NCBI GenBank assembly: GCA_963668625.2
Contig: CAXXKA010000005.1
Coordinates: 1-64,000 of the forward strand
Source: an uncultured candidate division Zixibacteria bacterium
GTDB lineage: Bacteria; Zixibacteria; MSB-5A5; UBA10806; 4484-95
DNA length: 64,000 bases
Reading direction: 5' to 3'
In this document: one piece after another, positions 11,338 to 21,665 of the stretch
How the letters are laid out: each line of letters begins with the position of its first letter
Position numbering within the stretch: position 1 is the stretch's first letter
Position numbers and translations under genes: made by a program
The notes under the pieces: generated by a model
The model's database searches: none
The model's input: only the letters and a program-made list of their open reading frames with translations
Told to the model about the DNA's origin: nothing

Positions 11338-13138
11338 AATCATAGTAACCTTAATATGTCTGGTCGTATTCGCCTCGACTGTGTTGGCCCAGACAGAGGA
11401 CAGTGTCCGGGTGGAACTCCCTGATTCTGCTGATATCAATCGCGGAGCGGATCGAGCCCCACGACCACCGGCGAGAACGAACAGGCCGCCGGCCAGGATT
11501 ACCGGCGATTTCGGTATAAGCGGCGAATACTACTCCGTTTCGGGTCGCGAGGCTAGACGGCCCGAGAGTTCCGCCAGGGTGTACCTCCGACCGACGTTGA
11601 TTTTATTCGGTACTTTCCGTACCTCACTCGATATCATCTACTCGACCGAAGGCAGCTCCGCCCGTCAGAGTATAGGCCAATTTGCCATCCACCCGAGTTG
11701 GAGTTGGGGGACGGCGCATATCGGGGATTTCAGCCATAAATTCTCGGAATATACACTGAGCAATATAACTATACGTGGAGGGGGAGTTGAAATCAATCCG
11801 GGATTGTTCAGGTTCCAGGCGGTCGGAGGGCAGACGAAACGTAAGGTCGAAAGCTCACCGGACAACTCGGTATTCGCTCAGTACGCTTACGGTGTTAAAT
11901 TGGGAGTAGGAAAAGAGGATGAATCTTATTTCGATCTCAACTTCATTAAAGTAAAGGATGACAAAGGCTCGCTCCCTCTATCCCTGTTTCAGGCAGATTC
12001 GGCAAGCGCCGACACGGTTCCCCAAGTCGGTGTCACGCCTCAGGAGAATCTAGTGGCCGGGGCTAACACGATTCTACGCCTTTTTACGAAACGTCTGGTT
12101 ATCAAAGGTGAATTCGCCGGCGCGGCTTATACTCGCAATCTCTATAGCTCGGAGGAACTGGGCGAGGAGTTACCCTCTATTGTCACCAATTTATTCAAGC
12201 CCCGTATATCCTCCAATTTCGACTACGCGTATCGTTCCGAGGCCACTTTCAGGCATAGCGTTTTCAATCTTAAGGGAGGATACTCGTATATCGGCCCGGG
12301 ATATACCTCACTGGGTTTAAGCTCCAACCTTAATGATAAGCGTACCATAGATGCCGGCCTGGGATTACGTCTATTGAAGGGGCGGTTATCCCTTCAGAAC
12401 AGCTTACAAATCCAGAACGATAACGTGGCCGATCAGAAACTCAACACCACCACCCGTACCACGTATTCTATCACCGCCAATGCTCGGCCCACAAACAAGC
12501 TGTCCGTAATGTTGAATGTCATGAATAATGTCATGAAAAACGATAACGCCGACTCGACCTGGATCGTTCGCGATACGATTGTTTATGAGGATCCAGATAC
12601 GGTGATAGTCGAATCGGATAGTACCTTATATCTCGGCGAAATTAACAACGTGAATTCCAGCTACTCGGCCAATATTATGTATATGTTTCTGATCTCGAAT
12701 CTCAGTCAGAATGTAAATATCAATTACTCCATGCAGATTTCCGAGGATAAAAACCCAACCCGTTCGGGCAACGATTCGCGTACTCATAATTTCATGTTCT
12801 CGGCAATGTCCATGTTAAACGAAATCTGGACAATAAGCCCGAGCGTGAATTATAATATCATTGATATCGAAAGCCGGGATAAAACTAACAGGACAACGCT
12901 TGGATTGCAAATTTCAAACCGATTATTCAGGGGTAAACTATCAAGCTCAATCGGCGGTAATTATGCTATTTCTGATGAAGCGGATGTTATGGGATTAAAT
13001 CTCTCATCCACATATTCGATAACGCGTAAGGATGCCATAAGATTTACGCTGAAATCATCGTTATACAGGGCAAGTGAAACAACAACAGAGGATTACGATG
13101 AGCTGATGGCCAGGCTAGGGTATACTCATAAATTTTAA
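11330..13138 (+). CDS. Putative outer-membrane beta-barrel protein
   Basis: Signal peptide, alternating amphipathic beta-strands and a C-terminal BAM-type signature (RLGYTHKF). Confidence 0.75.
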   Translation: MNKIIVTLICLVVFASTVLAQTEDSVRVELPDSADINRGADRAPRPPARTNRPPARITGDFGISGEYYSVSGREARRPESSARVYLRPTLILFGTFRTSLDIIYSTEGSSARQSIGQFAIHPSWSWGTAHIGDFSHKFSEYTLSNITIRGGGVEINPGLFRFQAVGGQTKRKVESSPDNSVFAQYAYGVKLGVGKEDESYFDLNFIKVKDDKGSLPLSLFQADSASADTVPQVGVTPQENLVAGANTILRLFTKRLVIKGEFAGAAYTRNLYSSEELGEELPSIVTNLFKPRISSNFDYAYRSEATFRHSVFNLKGGYSYIGPGYTSLGLSSNLNDKRTIDAGLGLRLLKGRLSLQNSLQIQNDNVADQKLNTTTRTTYSITANARPTNKLSVMLNVMNNVMKNDNADSTWIVRDTIVYEDPDTVIVESDSTLYLGEINNVNSSYSANIMYMFLISNLSQNVNINYSMQISEDKNPTRSGNDSRTHNFMFSAMSMLNEIWTISPSVNYNIIDIESRDKTNRTTLGLQISNRLFRGKLSSSIGGNYAISDEADVMGLNLSSTYSITRKDAIRFTLKSSLYRASETTTEDYDELMARLGYTHKF

Positions 13139-13232
13139 GATACAAAAATCACTTTGAAAATAAGTGGAATTAATTATATTTATAGCGCATTAAGCTTTAC
13201 ATATTAGATTAGATTTTAACAGGAGGAATACA

Positions 13233-14684
13233 GTGAAGACCTATTTTTCGATAACAGCATTTTTGTTGCTTGTGTTATTCTCAACTTGTCTTTTCGCTCA
13301 AATGCCGGGCATTGAATGGGTGACCATATATGAAGAGCCTGATGTGAGTCAACCCTGTCACAGGATATATCAAACATCTGAAGGCGGTTATCTTGCCGGC
13401 AGCGCCACCCAACGAGAAGGACTACCTGATTTTCTCATGGTTAAGTTAAACTCTCACGGTGATACTTTATGGACAAGAGCAATCGGTGATCCGGCACGGA
13501 ATGAAAGCATAAATGACTTCATTATATTGCCAGAAAACCGTTGCCTTGCTGTCGGCGCTGTAAGCGCGGGCAGCGATGTTGATGCCTGTGTCATGTTAAT
13601 TAACTCAGATGGAACTGTTGATACCTCAGGGTACTATGATGATGGCTACTATTCCGCCAGTGTTACGGAAGTATTGATGGATAACGATTCATCATTTGTC
13701 TTGTGTGGAGTGGTTAGCGAAAGTTCAGGTGGACCTGATCCTTACCTTATGGGACTTGATTTATCTCTGAACCAAACATGGGGCGAGAGACATGAGATGC
13801 CGCATTGGCAAAGTTTATACAGTTTTGAACAGAAAATTGACTCAGGCTTTATAGCGGTAGGTTACGCGCAGGATACAATCGATTATCGCAACGAAGGGCT
13901 GCTGTATGTAGCTAATGATGATGGTACTTACGATACTCTAATAGTCTATGGCAGCGATGGCGCAGTAGAGTTTAACGATGTTAAAATACTATCTGACAAT
14001 AGTTGTATAATTGTTGGGTACATTTCATATGAACCTTCCGGGGCTCGTGATGTACTGGTGAAGAAATTCAATCCCGATTATAGCACAGCCTGGACTAAAA
14101 CATATGGCGGAGCCGATTATGAAGAGGGAGAATGCGTGCAACTTCATCCTGATGGCGGTTTTATTGTTGGCGGATATTGCCAGGGTGACGACGCAGATAT
14201 GTGGGTACTTCGCCTCGATGCCAATGGCGATACTCTCTGGACTAAAACATTCGGGACACCAAGAAACGATTTTGTAGGCGCAATAGACTTAACTGATGAT
14301 GGTGGATACATTATTGGCGGAAGCACCCAGGAGGTAGATAACGTTTACAGATCGGATTTATATATAGCGAAATTGTACCCTGATGGCGTTGGGATTGATG
14401 ATGAAGAATATAACCTGCCGAAGCATCACGCGCTTTTGGGCAACTATCCCAATCCGTTCAACGCTAAAACAACGTTAAAATTCCAACTAGATAAACCATC
14501 TGATATTACTCTCACGCTATACGATATCTTGGGGCGTGAATTACAAACACTGGCCGCCGGCGAATATCAGGCGGGCAAGCATTCTGTCACGTTTGATGCC
14601 TCGAATCTGGCAAGCGGTACATATCTATATAAATTGCGTACTGAAAGTTTCACTGATATCGATAAAATGACATTAATAAAATAG
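13233..14684 (+). CDS. Beta-propeller-like repeat protein with T9SS type A C-terminal sorting domain (paralog 1)
   Basis: AGGAGG RBS and signal peptide; repeats of type 'DGGYIIGG...W(V/L)LRLDANGDTLWTK'; C-terminal NYPNPFNAKT...KMTLIK. Confidence 0.88.
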   Translation: MKTYFSITAFLLLVLFSTCLFAQMPGIEWVTIYEEPDVSQPCHRIYQTSEGGYLAGSATQREGLPDFLMVKLNSHGDTLWTRAIGDPARNESINDFIILPENRCLAVGAVSAGSDVDACVMLINSDGTVDTSGYYDDGYYSASVTEVLMDNDSSFVLCGVVSESSGGPDPYLMGLDLSLNQTWGERHEMPHWQSLYSFEQKIDSGFIAVGYAQDTIDYRNEGLLYVANDDGTYDTLIVYGSDGAVEFNDVKILSDNSCIIVGYISYEPSGARDVLVKKFNPDYSTAWTKTYGGADYEEGECVQLHPDGGFIVGGYCQGDDADMWVLRLDANGDTLWTKTFGTPRNDFVGAIDLTDDGGYIIGGSTQEVDNVYRSDLYIAKLYPDGVGIDDEEYNLPKHHALLGNYPNPFNAKTTLKFQLDKPSDITLTLYDILGRELQTLAAGEYQAGKHSVTFDASNLASGTYLYKLRTESFTDIDKMTLIK

Positions 14685-14706
14685 ATACACATAAGGGGAT
14701 GAGACG

Positions 14707-16173
14707 ATGTTCGATTTAAGGAAAATAGCAGTTATTTGGGTATTACTAACAATACCAATGATCTGTTACGCGCAGGCTCCTGATATCGAATGGGAGTTTA
14801 TCATAGGAGATCCCGCTACAGGCGATTACGGCCGAGGCGCGTTCCAAACCGATGACGGCGGCTACGTCGTTGGAGGAAACTATCAAACTTGGGCCGGAGG
14901 CTATTTCGGCAACGTGATCTTTAAATTGGATGCAGATGGTGATACAGTATGGAGCCACCTCTATGGAATGACTGAAGAGCGGGAAAGCGCCAGTATGTTT
15001 CGGTTGTGTCCCGATGGTTCATACATGTTTGGCGGTAGTACTGATATGAATGAAAACGGCTCACTGGGTTATTTATATAAGATAAATCCTGATGGCTCGT
15101 ATGATTGGGGCTGTGTTTTGGGTGATCCCTTTATAGGGGAATATGTTAGCTGTTTCGCTCCGCTCGGTAGCGATCAAGCTGTCGCCATGACAGGTTTCTG
15201 GTATGATAGTGATTACGGTTACGACACCAAACTTCACTTTATAGCACCGGGAGGTGATCCGGCCTGGGATATTCATTATTTTACGCATAGAATAGCAGAT
15301 TACGCAAATTGTATACAACTGGTTTCGGATGGCGGTTATATCATTGCCGGTAGCACCCAGGATACTGCGACCTTCGATATTCAGATGCTGTTGATGAAAA
15401 CCAGCCCGTTAGGAAATATAGAACATTGGGGCACAATTGGAGGCTCATTCGTAGAAGAGCGTGCTTATTGGGTAATCCAGACCGAGGATGGTGGTTATCT
15501 GTTAACCGGCTTTCAGAAAAACGATGACAACTATACCAAAGACGTATTCATAGTTAAAACAAACAGTGCCTATCAATCTGAATGGTGGAAAACATACGGT
15601 ATGGGATATATGGAAGAGGGAAGATACTGCGCTCAAACCGAGGATGGCGGTTATGTAGTTGGCGCGAACTGCAGTTATAACGGCACGTTTAATTTCTGGC
15701 TTTTACGCCTCGATGCCAACGGCGATACGCTCTGGACGAAAGTTGTTGATAAAACCGGTACCGATGAATCGATATACTCTGTTGATATCTGCGATGATGG
15801 CGGCTATATACTCTGCGGCAATATCCACGAACCGGGAGAAAATTGCGATATATACGCCGTAAAACTAGGACCGGAAACCTCCGTTGATGGTTATAGACCT
15901 AATCTCCCGGCAACTACAGCTTTATCGCAAAACTACCCTAATCCATTCAACGCTAAAACCACTATAAGTTTCACTCTTGATAAACCTCAGCATGCATCAC
16001 TGAAAATTTACGATTTGCTGGGGCGAGAGATCGAAACGTTAATTGATGATAATCTTGATGCCGGAGAGCATTCAGTCATCTTTGATGCCAAAGGTTTAGC
16101 ATCAGGCACTTACCTCTACAATTTAACAACGGACAGTTTCACCGAACATAAGAGAATGCTTCTGATTAAATAG
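14707..16173 (+). CDS. Beta-propeller-like repeat protein with T9SS CTD (paralog 2)
   Basis: Same repeat motif (LLRLDANGDTLWTK) and NYPNPFNAKT...RMLLIK tail. Confidence 0.88.
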   Translation: MFDLRKIAVIWVLLTIPMICYAQAPDIEWEFIIGDPATGDYGRGAFQTDDGGYVVGGNYQTWAGGYFGNVIFKLDADGDTVWSHLYGMTEERESASMFRLCPDGSYMFGGSTDMNENGSLGYLYKINPDGSYDWGCVLGDPFIGEYVSCFAPLGSDQAVAMTGFWYDSDYGYDTKLHFIAPGGDPAWDIHYFTHRIADYANCIQLVSDGGYIIAGSTQDTATFDIQMLLMKTSPLGNIEHWGTIGGSFVEERAYWVIQTEDGGYLLTGFQKNDDNYTKDVFIVKTNSAYQSEWWKTYGMGYMEEGRYCAQTEDGGYVVGANCSYNGTFNFWLLRLDANGDTLWTKVVDKTGTDESIYSVDICDDGGYILCGNIHEPGENCDIYAVKLGPETSVDGYRPNLPATTALSQNYPNPFNAKTTISFTLDKPQHASLKIYDLLGREIETLIDDNLDAGEHSVIFDAKGLASGTYLYNLTTDSFTEHKRMLLIK

Positions 16174-16327
16174 CCTCATATAATGAGGAGGAGCTATGCT
16201 AAACTATATTCATATTTATGTTATGGGTATAGTTGCGCTTTCGATGAACCAGAGCTTATATGATTCGTTTGCGTGATTACTTTAGAAATAACTATATCCA
16301 AAAATAACTCATAAAAGGGGAAGATAA

Positions 16328-17776
16328 ATGATCAAGCTAAAAGCATTAATGATTTTGCTGATAATACTTGTGATATCAGCACTCAGCTTAGCCCAGGCGC
16401 CTGACACCTCGTGGACAAGATCCTTCGGCAGAGGCAGCGAGGATTACGCTTACACTGTCATTCAAAAAGCGGATGATCATTATATTGTAGGTGGCACATC
16501 ATGGAGCGGCGGCGAATATCAATATGACGCTTATCTGCTGGAACTCGACGAGTTTGGTGACACTATTTGGACAAATTCATGGGGTGGGGCAACCAGCGAA
16601 ATTATATACGGCATGGTTGAGGCCTCCGATGGCGGATACGTTGTTGCTGGAATGGTCGGTTCGGAAACCAGTACCAGAAGAGCTTACATCGTGAAAGTCG
16701 ATGAATTGGGTGATACGGTTTGGAGCACCACATACCCTGACTCACGTAACGCCATCGCGTATTACATAAGCAACACCTCGGATGATGGTTATATTATCAC
16801 CGGATACTATTTCGTGCCGGGTAATTCAGCGGATGTATTCATCTTAAAACTGGCTCAGGATGGCTCGATAACCTGGTCGGAAACATTCGGCGGCAGCAAT
16901 AATGATGAGGGTTATTGTATCAAACAAACAACGGATGGCGGCTATATAGTTTGCGGTCGAACCAATTCGATAGGGGAGGGTTCTACTGATCTTTATGTTA
17001 TCAAAACTGATGCTGCCGGAACCGAACAATGGCATCGAACTTACGGCGGCGAGCTTTCCGATGAGGCTCACGCGGTAGTTCAAGCGCCTGATAGCAATTA
17101 TTTGATAGCCGGAGAGATTGATAATCCAAATCATGGATATTACGTTGTGAAAATCAATGAAAGCGGCGAAACGCTATGGACGAGAATTTACACTCACGAA
17201 TCAGATATCGATGTTTGCACTACTATGGATCTTACCTCGGATGGTGGTTTTATTCTCGGCGGCTACACTCATGTCCCGGGTCAACATCACGATTTCTATT
17301 TCGTCAGGGCAAATGCCGATGGTGATTCGCTGTGGGCTAAAACCATAGGCTATTATGATAACGATCGCGGCCGCTGTATAAAGCAAACCTCTGATGGCGG
17401 CTACATCCTCGTAGGTTCTGCTGTAGATCCCCCTGATAACGGTACCGACTACTTCATTGTAAAACTGGAGGATGACCAGGTTGGAATTGAGGCTGAATTG
17501 ATATCATTGCCGAAGAATAATTCACTAGTGCAAAACTACCCCAACCCGTTCAATACCTCAACGGTCATCAGTTTTAGTGTCGAATCACAGCAAAGCGTCC
17601 TTATAAAATTGTACGATACCCTGGGGCGTGAGATCAAAACGATTTACAATGAAAACTGCGAACCGGGCTATCACAAATTCACTTACGATGCCTCTGATAT
17701 GAAAACCGGTGTATATTTCTATACGATCTATTTGGATGATACAGCCGAAACCGGCAAAATGGTTTTGATTAAATAA
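16328..17776 (+). CDS. Beta-propeller-like repeat protein with T9SS CTD (paralog 3)
   Basis: QAPDTSW N-terminus, 'QTSDGGYI' repeats and NYPNPFNTST...KMVLIK tail. Confidence 0.88.
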   Translation: MIKLKALMILLIILVISALSLAQAPDTSWTRSFGRGSEDYAYTVIQKADDHYIVGGTSWSGGEYQYDAYLLELDEFGDTIWTNSWGGATSEIIYGMVEASDGGYVVAGMVGSETSTRRAYIVKVDELGDTVWSTTYPDSRNAIAYYISNTSDDGYIITGYYFVPGNSADVFILKLAQDGSITWSETFGGSNNDEGYCIKQTTDGGYIVCGRTNSIGEGSTDLYVIKTDAAGTEQWHRTYGGELSDEAHAVVQAPDSNYLIAGEIDNPNHGYYVVKINESGETLWTRIYTHESDIDVCTTMDLTSDGGFILGGYTHVPGQHHDFYFVRANADGDSLWAKTIGYYDNDRGRCIKQTSDGGYILVGSAVDPPDNGTDYFIVKLEDDQVGIEAELISLPKNNSLVQNYPNPFNTSTVISFSVESQQSVLIKLYDTLGREIKTIYNENCEPGYHKFTYDASDMKTGVYFYTIYLDDTAETGKMVLIK

Positions 17777-17790
17777 CGAACGACTTGTAA

Positions 17791-17819
17791 GTAGGGGGCA
17801 CGGCGTGCCGTGCCTCTAT
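17791..17819 (+). repeat. GTAG-type REP-like palindrome (may also act as terminator)
   Basis: GTAG GGGGCACGGC GT GCCGTGCCTC TAT: a GTAG tetranucleotide followed by a 10-bp stem. Confidence 0.6.
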
Positions 17820-17831
17820 TAAATAATCCCG

Positions 17832-17861
17832 TTGACCTGCTATCCTGAATTTATTTATAAT
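17832..17861 (+). promoter_or_regulatory. sigma70-type promoter for the OPT gene (likely leaderless transcript)
   Basis: TTGACC-18 nt-TATAAT ending 5 nt before ATG 17867; no Shine-Dalgarno. Confidence 0.55.
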
Positions 17862-17866
17862 ACCAT

Positions 17867-19765
17867 ATGGCCGATAAATTCAAACCGTACATCTCTCCGA
17901 CCCAATCACTGGCTGAGTTTACCATAAAAGCAGTTGTAATGGGCGTGATCTTTGGCGCGCTATTCGGCGCCGCCAACGCTTACTTAGGATTAACCTCCGG
18001 CCTGACAGTCTCGACCTCGATACCAATAGCCGTAATGGCTGCCGGTTTTTTCAGATTGCTGAAAGCTTTCGGGGGCAGAGGTACCATCTTAGAGGCCAAC
18101 ATCTCGCAAACCGTTGGCTCGGCCTCATCCTCGCTGGTTTCAGGCGTAATATTCACTATCCCGGCATTGTTCCTGTGGCATCTCGATCCAACTTACCTTG
18201 AGATGGTGATGCTGGCGTTTTTAGGCGGTGTGCTGGGAATCCTGTTTATGATACCTTTGCGGCGATTCCTGATAGTTCGCGAACACGAAAACCTGCCATA
18301 CCCGGAAGGCACGGCCTGCGCCGATGTTCTCATTGTCTCCGATAAAGGCGGCAAGCAGGCGAAATTCGTTTTTGGGGGACTTCTAATCGGCCTGGTTTAT
18401 AAATTCTTCGCCAATTTCCTTGCCTTATGGAAAGAGAAAATAGAATACGTACTGACCGTTCCAAACAAGGCCAGTATCGGCCTTAAAGCCGCGCCCGCGC
18501 TTTTGGGAGTCGGCTACATACTCGGCTATCGCATCTCGGCGGTGATGGTTGCCGGTTCGCTTATTTCCTGGGTAATCGTTATTCCTTTAATAGCTCATTT
18601 CGGCGATCACCTGACAGTCTCGATTTTCCCGGAGCAAGCGAAACTTATTTCCGAGATGTCCCCCGATTTGATCTGGACACGATACATACGTTATCTCGGC
18701 GCCGGGGCCGTTGCGGTTAGCGGTATAATTACAATAGCTAAATCATTGCCGATAATGCTTGATTCTGTTAAAGTTGGTTTCTCCCGCCTGACAAACTCAT
18801 CGAATGTAACAACCGGTGTTAGAACACAGCGCGATTTATCCTTCCGCTATATCGGGTTTGGCTTGATAGCTGTTGTCTTGATGATAGCTTTCGTGCCCGG
18901 TATTATTACTACCACGGGCAACGTATCCATTCGATTGATAGCGGCAGTGGCCGTAGTCATATTTGCGTTCCTGTTCGTGACTGTATCATCCCGAATTGTA
19001 GGTTTCGTCGGCGTAAGCTCCAATCCAACTTCCGGCATGACAATCGTGACCCTGCTTGGCACCTCGCTGGTGTTTGTTTCGCTCGGTTTTACAGGCGATA
19101 TCGGCAAAATAGCCGTGCTATCCGTCGGTACTATAGTATGCATCGCCGCCTCGATGGCCGGGGATATCTCTCAGGATTTGAAAACAGGCTATCTTCTGGG
19201 CGCAACTCCGCAACGCCAGCAACTGGGTGAGTTGATAGGCGTTGTCACCTCGGTATGGGCGGTATGCTTTTCGGTTATCGTTCTTCATAAAGGAATGGGG
19301 TTCGGCTCGATCGAGCTACCCGCGCCACAGGCCACTTTGATGAAAACCGTAATCGAGGGCGTACTCTCGGCAAACCTGCCCTGGGATCTTGTAATTACCG
19401 GTGGAGTGTTCGCAGTAGTAATTGAACTATTGGAATTACCTTCGTTGCCGTTCGCTGTTGGTCTCTATCTGCCATTGGCCACCATGTCGCCGATTTTCAT
19501 CGGCGGCGTTATCAGGCACTATATCGATAAGCGTAAAGGTAACGGCAAGCTTGCCGATCTGGATAGTGGCATATTATTTTGCTCCGGATTAATTGCCGGC
19601 GAGGGCTTGATGGGCGTCGGTAAATCGGCGTACGTTTATTTCTTTGGCCAATATACGGGTATCGGCTCGGCTTGGGCGGGACCGTTCGCAAAACCTCTGG
19701 CGCTGATTTTATTCGCCGGGCTGATTGTGATTCTCATCAAGCAGGCTAAAGCTAAACCCGAATAA
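17867..19765 (+). CDS. Oligopeptide transporter, OPT family
   Basis: Many TM helices; motifs ANAYLGL, SIPIAV, LPYPEGTACA, SQDLKTG. Confidence 0.93.
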   Translation: MADKFKPYISPTQSLAEFTIKAVVMGVIFGALFGAANAYLGLTSGLTVSTSIPIAVMAAGFFRLLKAFGGRGTILEANISQTVGSASSSLVSGVIFTIPALFLWHLDPTYLEMVMLAFLGGVLGILFMIPLRRFLIVREHENLPYPEGTACADVLIVSDKGGKQAKFVFGGLLIGLVYKFFANFLALWKEKIEYVLTVPNKASIGLKAAPALLGVGYILGYRISAVMVAGSLISWVIVIPLIAHFGDHLTVSIFPEQAKLISEMSPDLIWTRYIRYLGAGAVAVSGIITIAKSLPIMLDSVKVGFSRLTNSSNVTTGVRTQRDLSFRYIGFGLIAVVLMIAFVPGIITTTGNVSIRLIAAVAVVIFAFLFVTVSSRIVGFVGVSSNPTSGMTIVTLLGTSLVFVSLGFTGDIGKIAVLSVGTIVCIAASMAGDISQDLKTGYLLGATPQRQQLGELIGVVTSVWAVCFSVIVLHKGMGFGSIELPAPQATLMKTVIEGVLSANLPWDLVITGGVFAVVIELLELPSLPFAVGLYLPLATMSPIFIGGVIRHYIDKRKGNGKLADLDSGILFCSGLIAGEGLMGVGKSAYVYFFGQYTGIGSAWAGPFAKPLALILFAGLIVILIKQAKAKPE

Positions 19766-19842
19766 GTCAAAACCCCTGTAGTTTTAACGAATTTGCCTTA
19801 CGTCGGCAGGATATAATTTATAAAAATCATAACTATAATATA

Positions 19843-21561
19843 TTACTTAAGCAGTATCATCCTGTTAGTCATCTCCTGATCACCGGCGACTAGTTTATAG
19901 AAATATATCCCCGAGGGCAACTCTGAGGCATCGAACATTGCAATGTGACTACCGGCCACAAGCTTGCCTTCAACCAGTGTACTAACTTTACGCCCGAGTA
20001 AATTATAAATGGATAAATTAACTTGCCTTTGTTTTTCCAGTGTGAATGATATAGTAGTTTTAGCATTGAACGGATTCGGATAATTAACCATAAGCTCAGT
20101 AGATACCGGCAATTCGATCTGCTCATCCACACCCGTGCCTATATCGCCGCCCCATCTCGATAATCCCCATTGATCATGCTTATACATCGGCCAATCGGTA
20201 CGCTCGGCATTAAATGTCCCGGACCAATCGACATAATATATTCGCCCCGAGGGCGTGGCGAAAATCATGTCCGCGTCACCATCGCCGTCCATATCATCGA
20301 TTGCCGGGGAGGGGGTATGCGTTCCGCTGGAGTTATCATCATTGATAGCATATGGGAAACCGGTCATATACGAGCCATCAGCATTGAGCCCGAATATATT
20401 GTTGTAAGTTCGCACGAATATCTCCGGGCTGTCGGACTCATCATCAACCTCCGCCACGATCGGCGAGGAGTTGATATTACCGGCTCCGCCATCATGATTT
20501 AATGGTATCGGCCAGTTATCCAACTGACTACCCTCGTGATCGAATCCGTAAATCATCTCGACGAAGCCACCTGAGGTGACCAGTCCGCCGATAAATATCT
20601 CCAGCGTGCCGTTATTATCGATATCTGCCAGTGCGGGGGAGGAAAGCCGTACGTAATCAGCTCTGATTGGCCAGCCGGGCAATGCGTTACCCTGATAATC
20701 CACACAATAAATATAATCAAGATTAGAGGTGTGATAAGCAGCAACCACGATCTCGAGGTAACCGTCGTTGTTAACATCTCCTAGAGCCGGTGTCGATTTA
20801 ACAACGCCCGATGTCGCTATTGGAAATCCGGTTATGACCGAGCCGTCAGTCTCCCAGGCGTATATCTCATACGGATCGGGGCCGACTCCGCCTGCTAACG
20901 TTCCCGACACTATCTCAAGCTGTCCGTCATTATCGATATCACCAATTGCGGGTGAGCCGATATTATCTGGCGCGGAAACCGGGAAACCTTCGAAATAGCT
21001 GCCATCATGATTTCTAATATACAATATATTATTCGAGGGATAGATAATCTCAAGATCACCGTTGCCGTCCAGATCAGCCATTGTTGGTGCACAGTTAATA
21101 CCATTGTACTGCGGCCAGCCGGGGTAGCTCGTACCATCATGATTAAACAGGTACATCAGCGACCAATCTCCGGCGGCAATCTCCATATCGCCGTCGTTGT
21201 CAACATCTCCGACAACCGCTGAGGTAGAAAACGGTTCGCTGGTATTATACGGCCAGCCGTCAAGCTCCACGCCATCAAGGCTAACGATATGTATAGCTCC
21301 AGCCTGATATGGATTTGGCTGCGGCCCGTAAGTAGTGGCGACTATCTCCTTGATACCATCCCCGTCGACATCTGCCAGGCAAATCGAGGAGGTCATAGGA
21401 GTTTCGAACGCTATATCCCAATCGGCTATATCTTTAATGTCAGATATAACCTCCGGTAAATCTTTCTCGACGTAAACAGTGCCATCATTAGCATAGCTAA
21501 AAACTCCAATAGCAAGAATAACAAAGCTTGTACTTAACAACATAACGATTGATTTACTCAT
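19843..21561 (-). CDS. FG-GAP/VCBS-like repeat protein with T9SS CTD
   Basis: Repeated 'SPA(L/I)GD(I/V)DNDGxLEI' Ca-binding motifs and GWP turns; NYPNPFNAKT tail. Confidence 0.88.
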   Translation of the reverse strand: MSKSIVMLLSTSFVILAIGVFSYANDGTVYVEKDLPEVISDIKDIADWDIAFETPMTSSICLADVDGDGIKEIVATTYGPQPNPYQAGAIHIVSLDGVELDGWPYNTSEPFSTSAVVGDVDNDGDMEIAAGDWSLMYLFNHDGTSYPGWPQYNGINCAPTMADLDGNGDLEIIYPSNNILYIRNHDGSYFEGFPVSAPDNIGSPAIGDIDNDGQLEIVSGTLAGGVGPDPYEIYAWETDGSVITGFPIATSGVVKSTPALGDVNNDGYLEIVVAAYHTSNLDYIYCVDYQGNALPGWPIRADYVRLSSPALADIDNNGTLEIFIGGLVTSGGFVEMIYGFDHEGSQLDNWPIPLNHDGGAGNINSSPIVAEVDDESDSPEIFVRTYNNIFGLNADGSYMTGFPYAINDDNSSGTHTPSPAIDDMDGDGDADMIFATPSGRIYYVDWSGTFNAERTDWPMYKHDQWGLSRWGGDIGTGVDEQIELPVSTELMVNYPNPFNAKTTISFTLEKQRQVNLSIYNLLGRKVSTLVEGKLVAGSHIAMFDASELPSGIYFYKLVAGDQEMTNRMILLK

Positions 21562-21665
21562 AATCCCACCTTTGTGATGTTATACATATACTGCTATCTG
21601 CCTATATAATAATCAGATATCGATATTAGTCAAGAGATATAGTCATAGTTCCAGGAACCCTGTTT

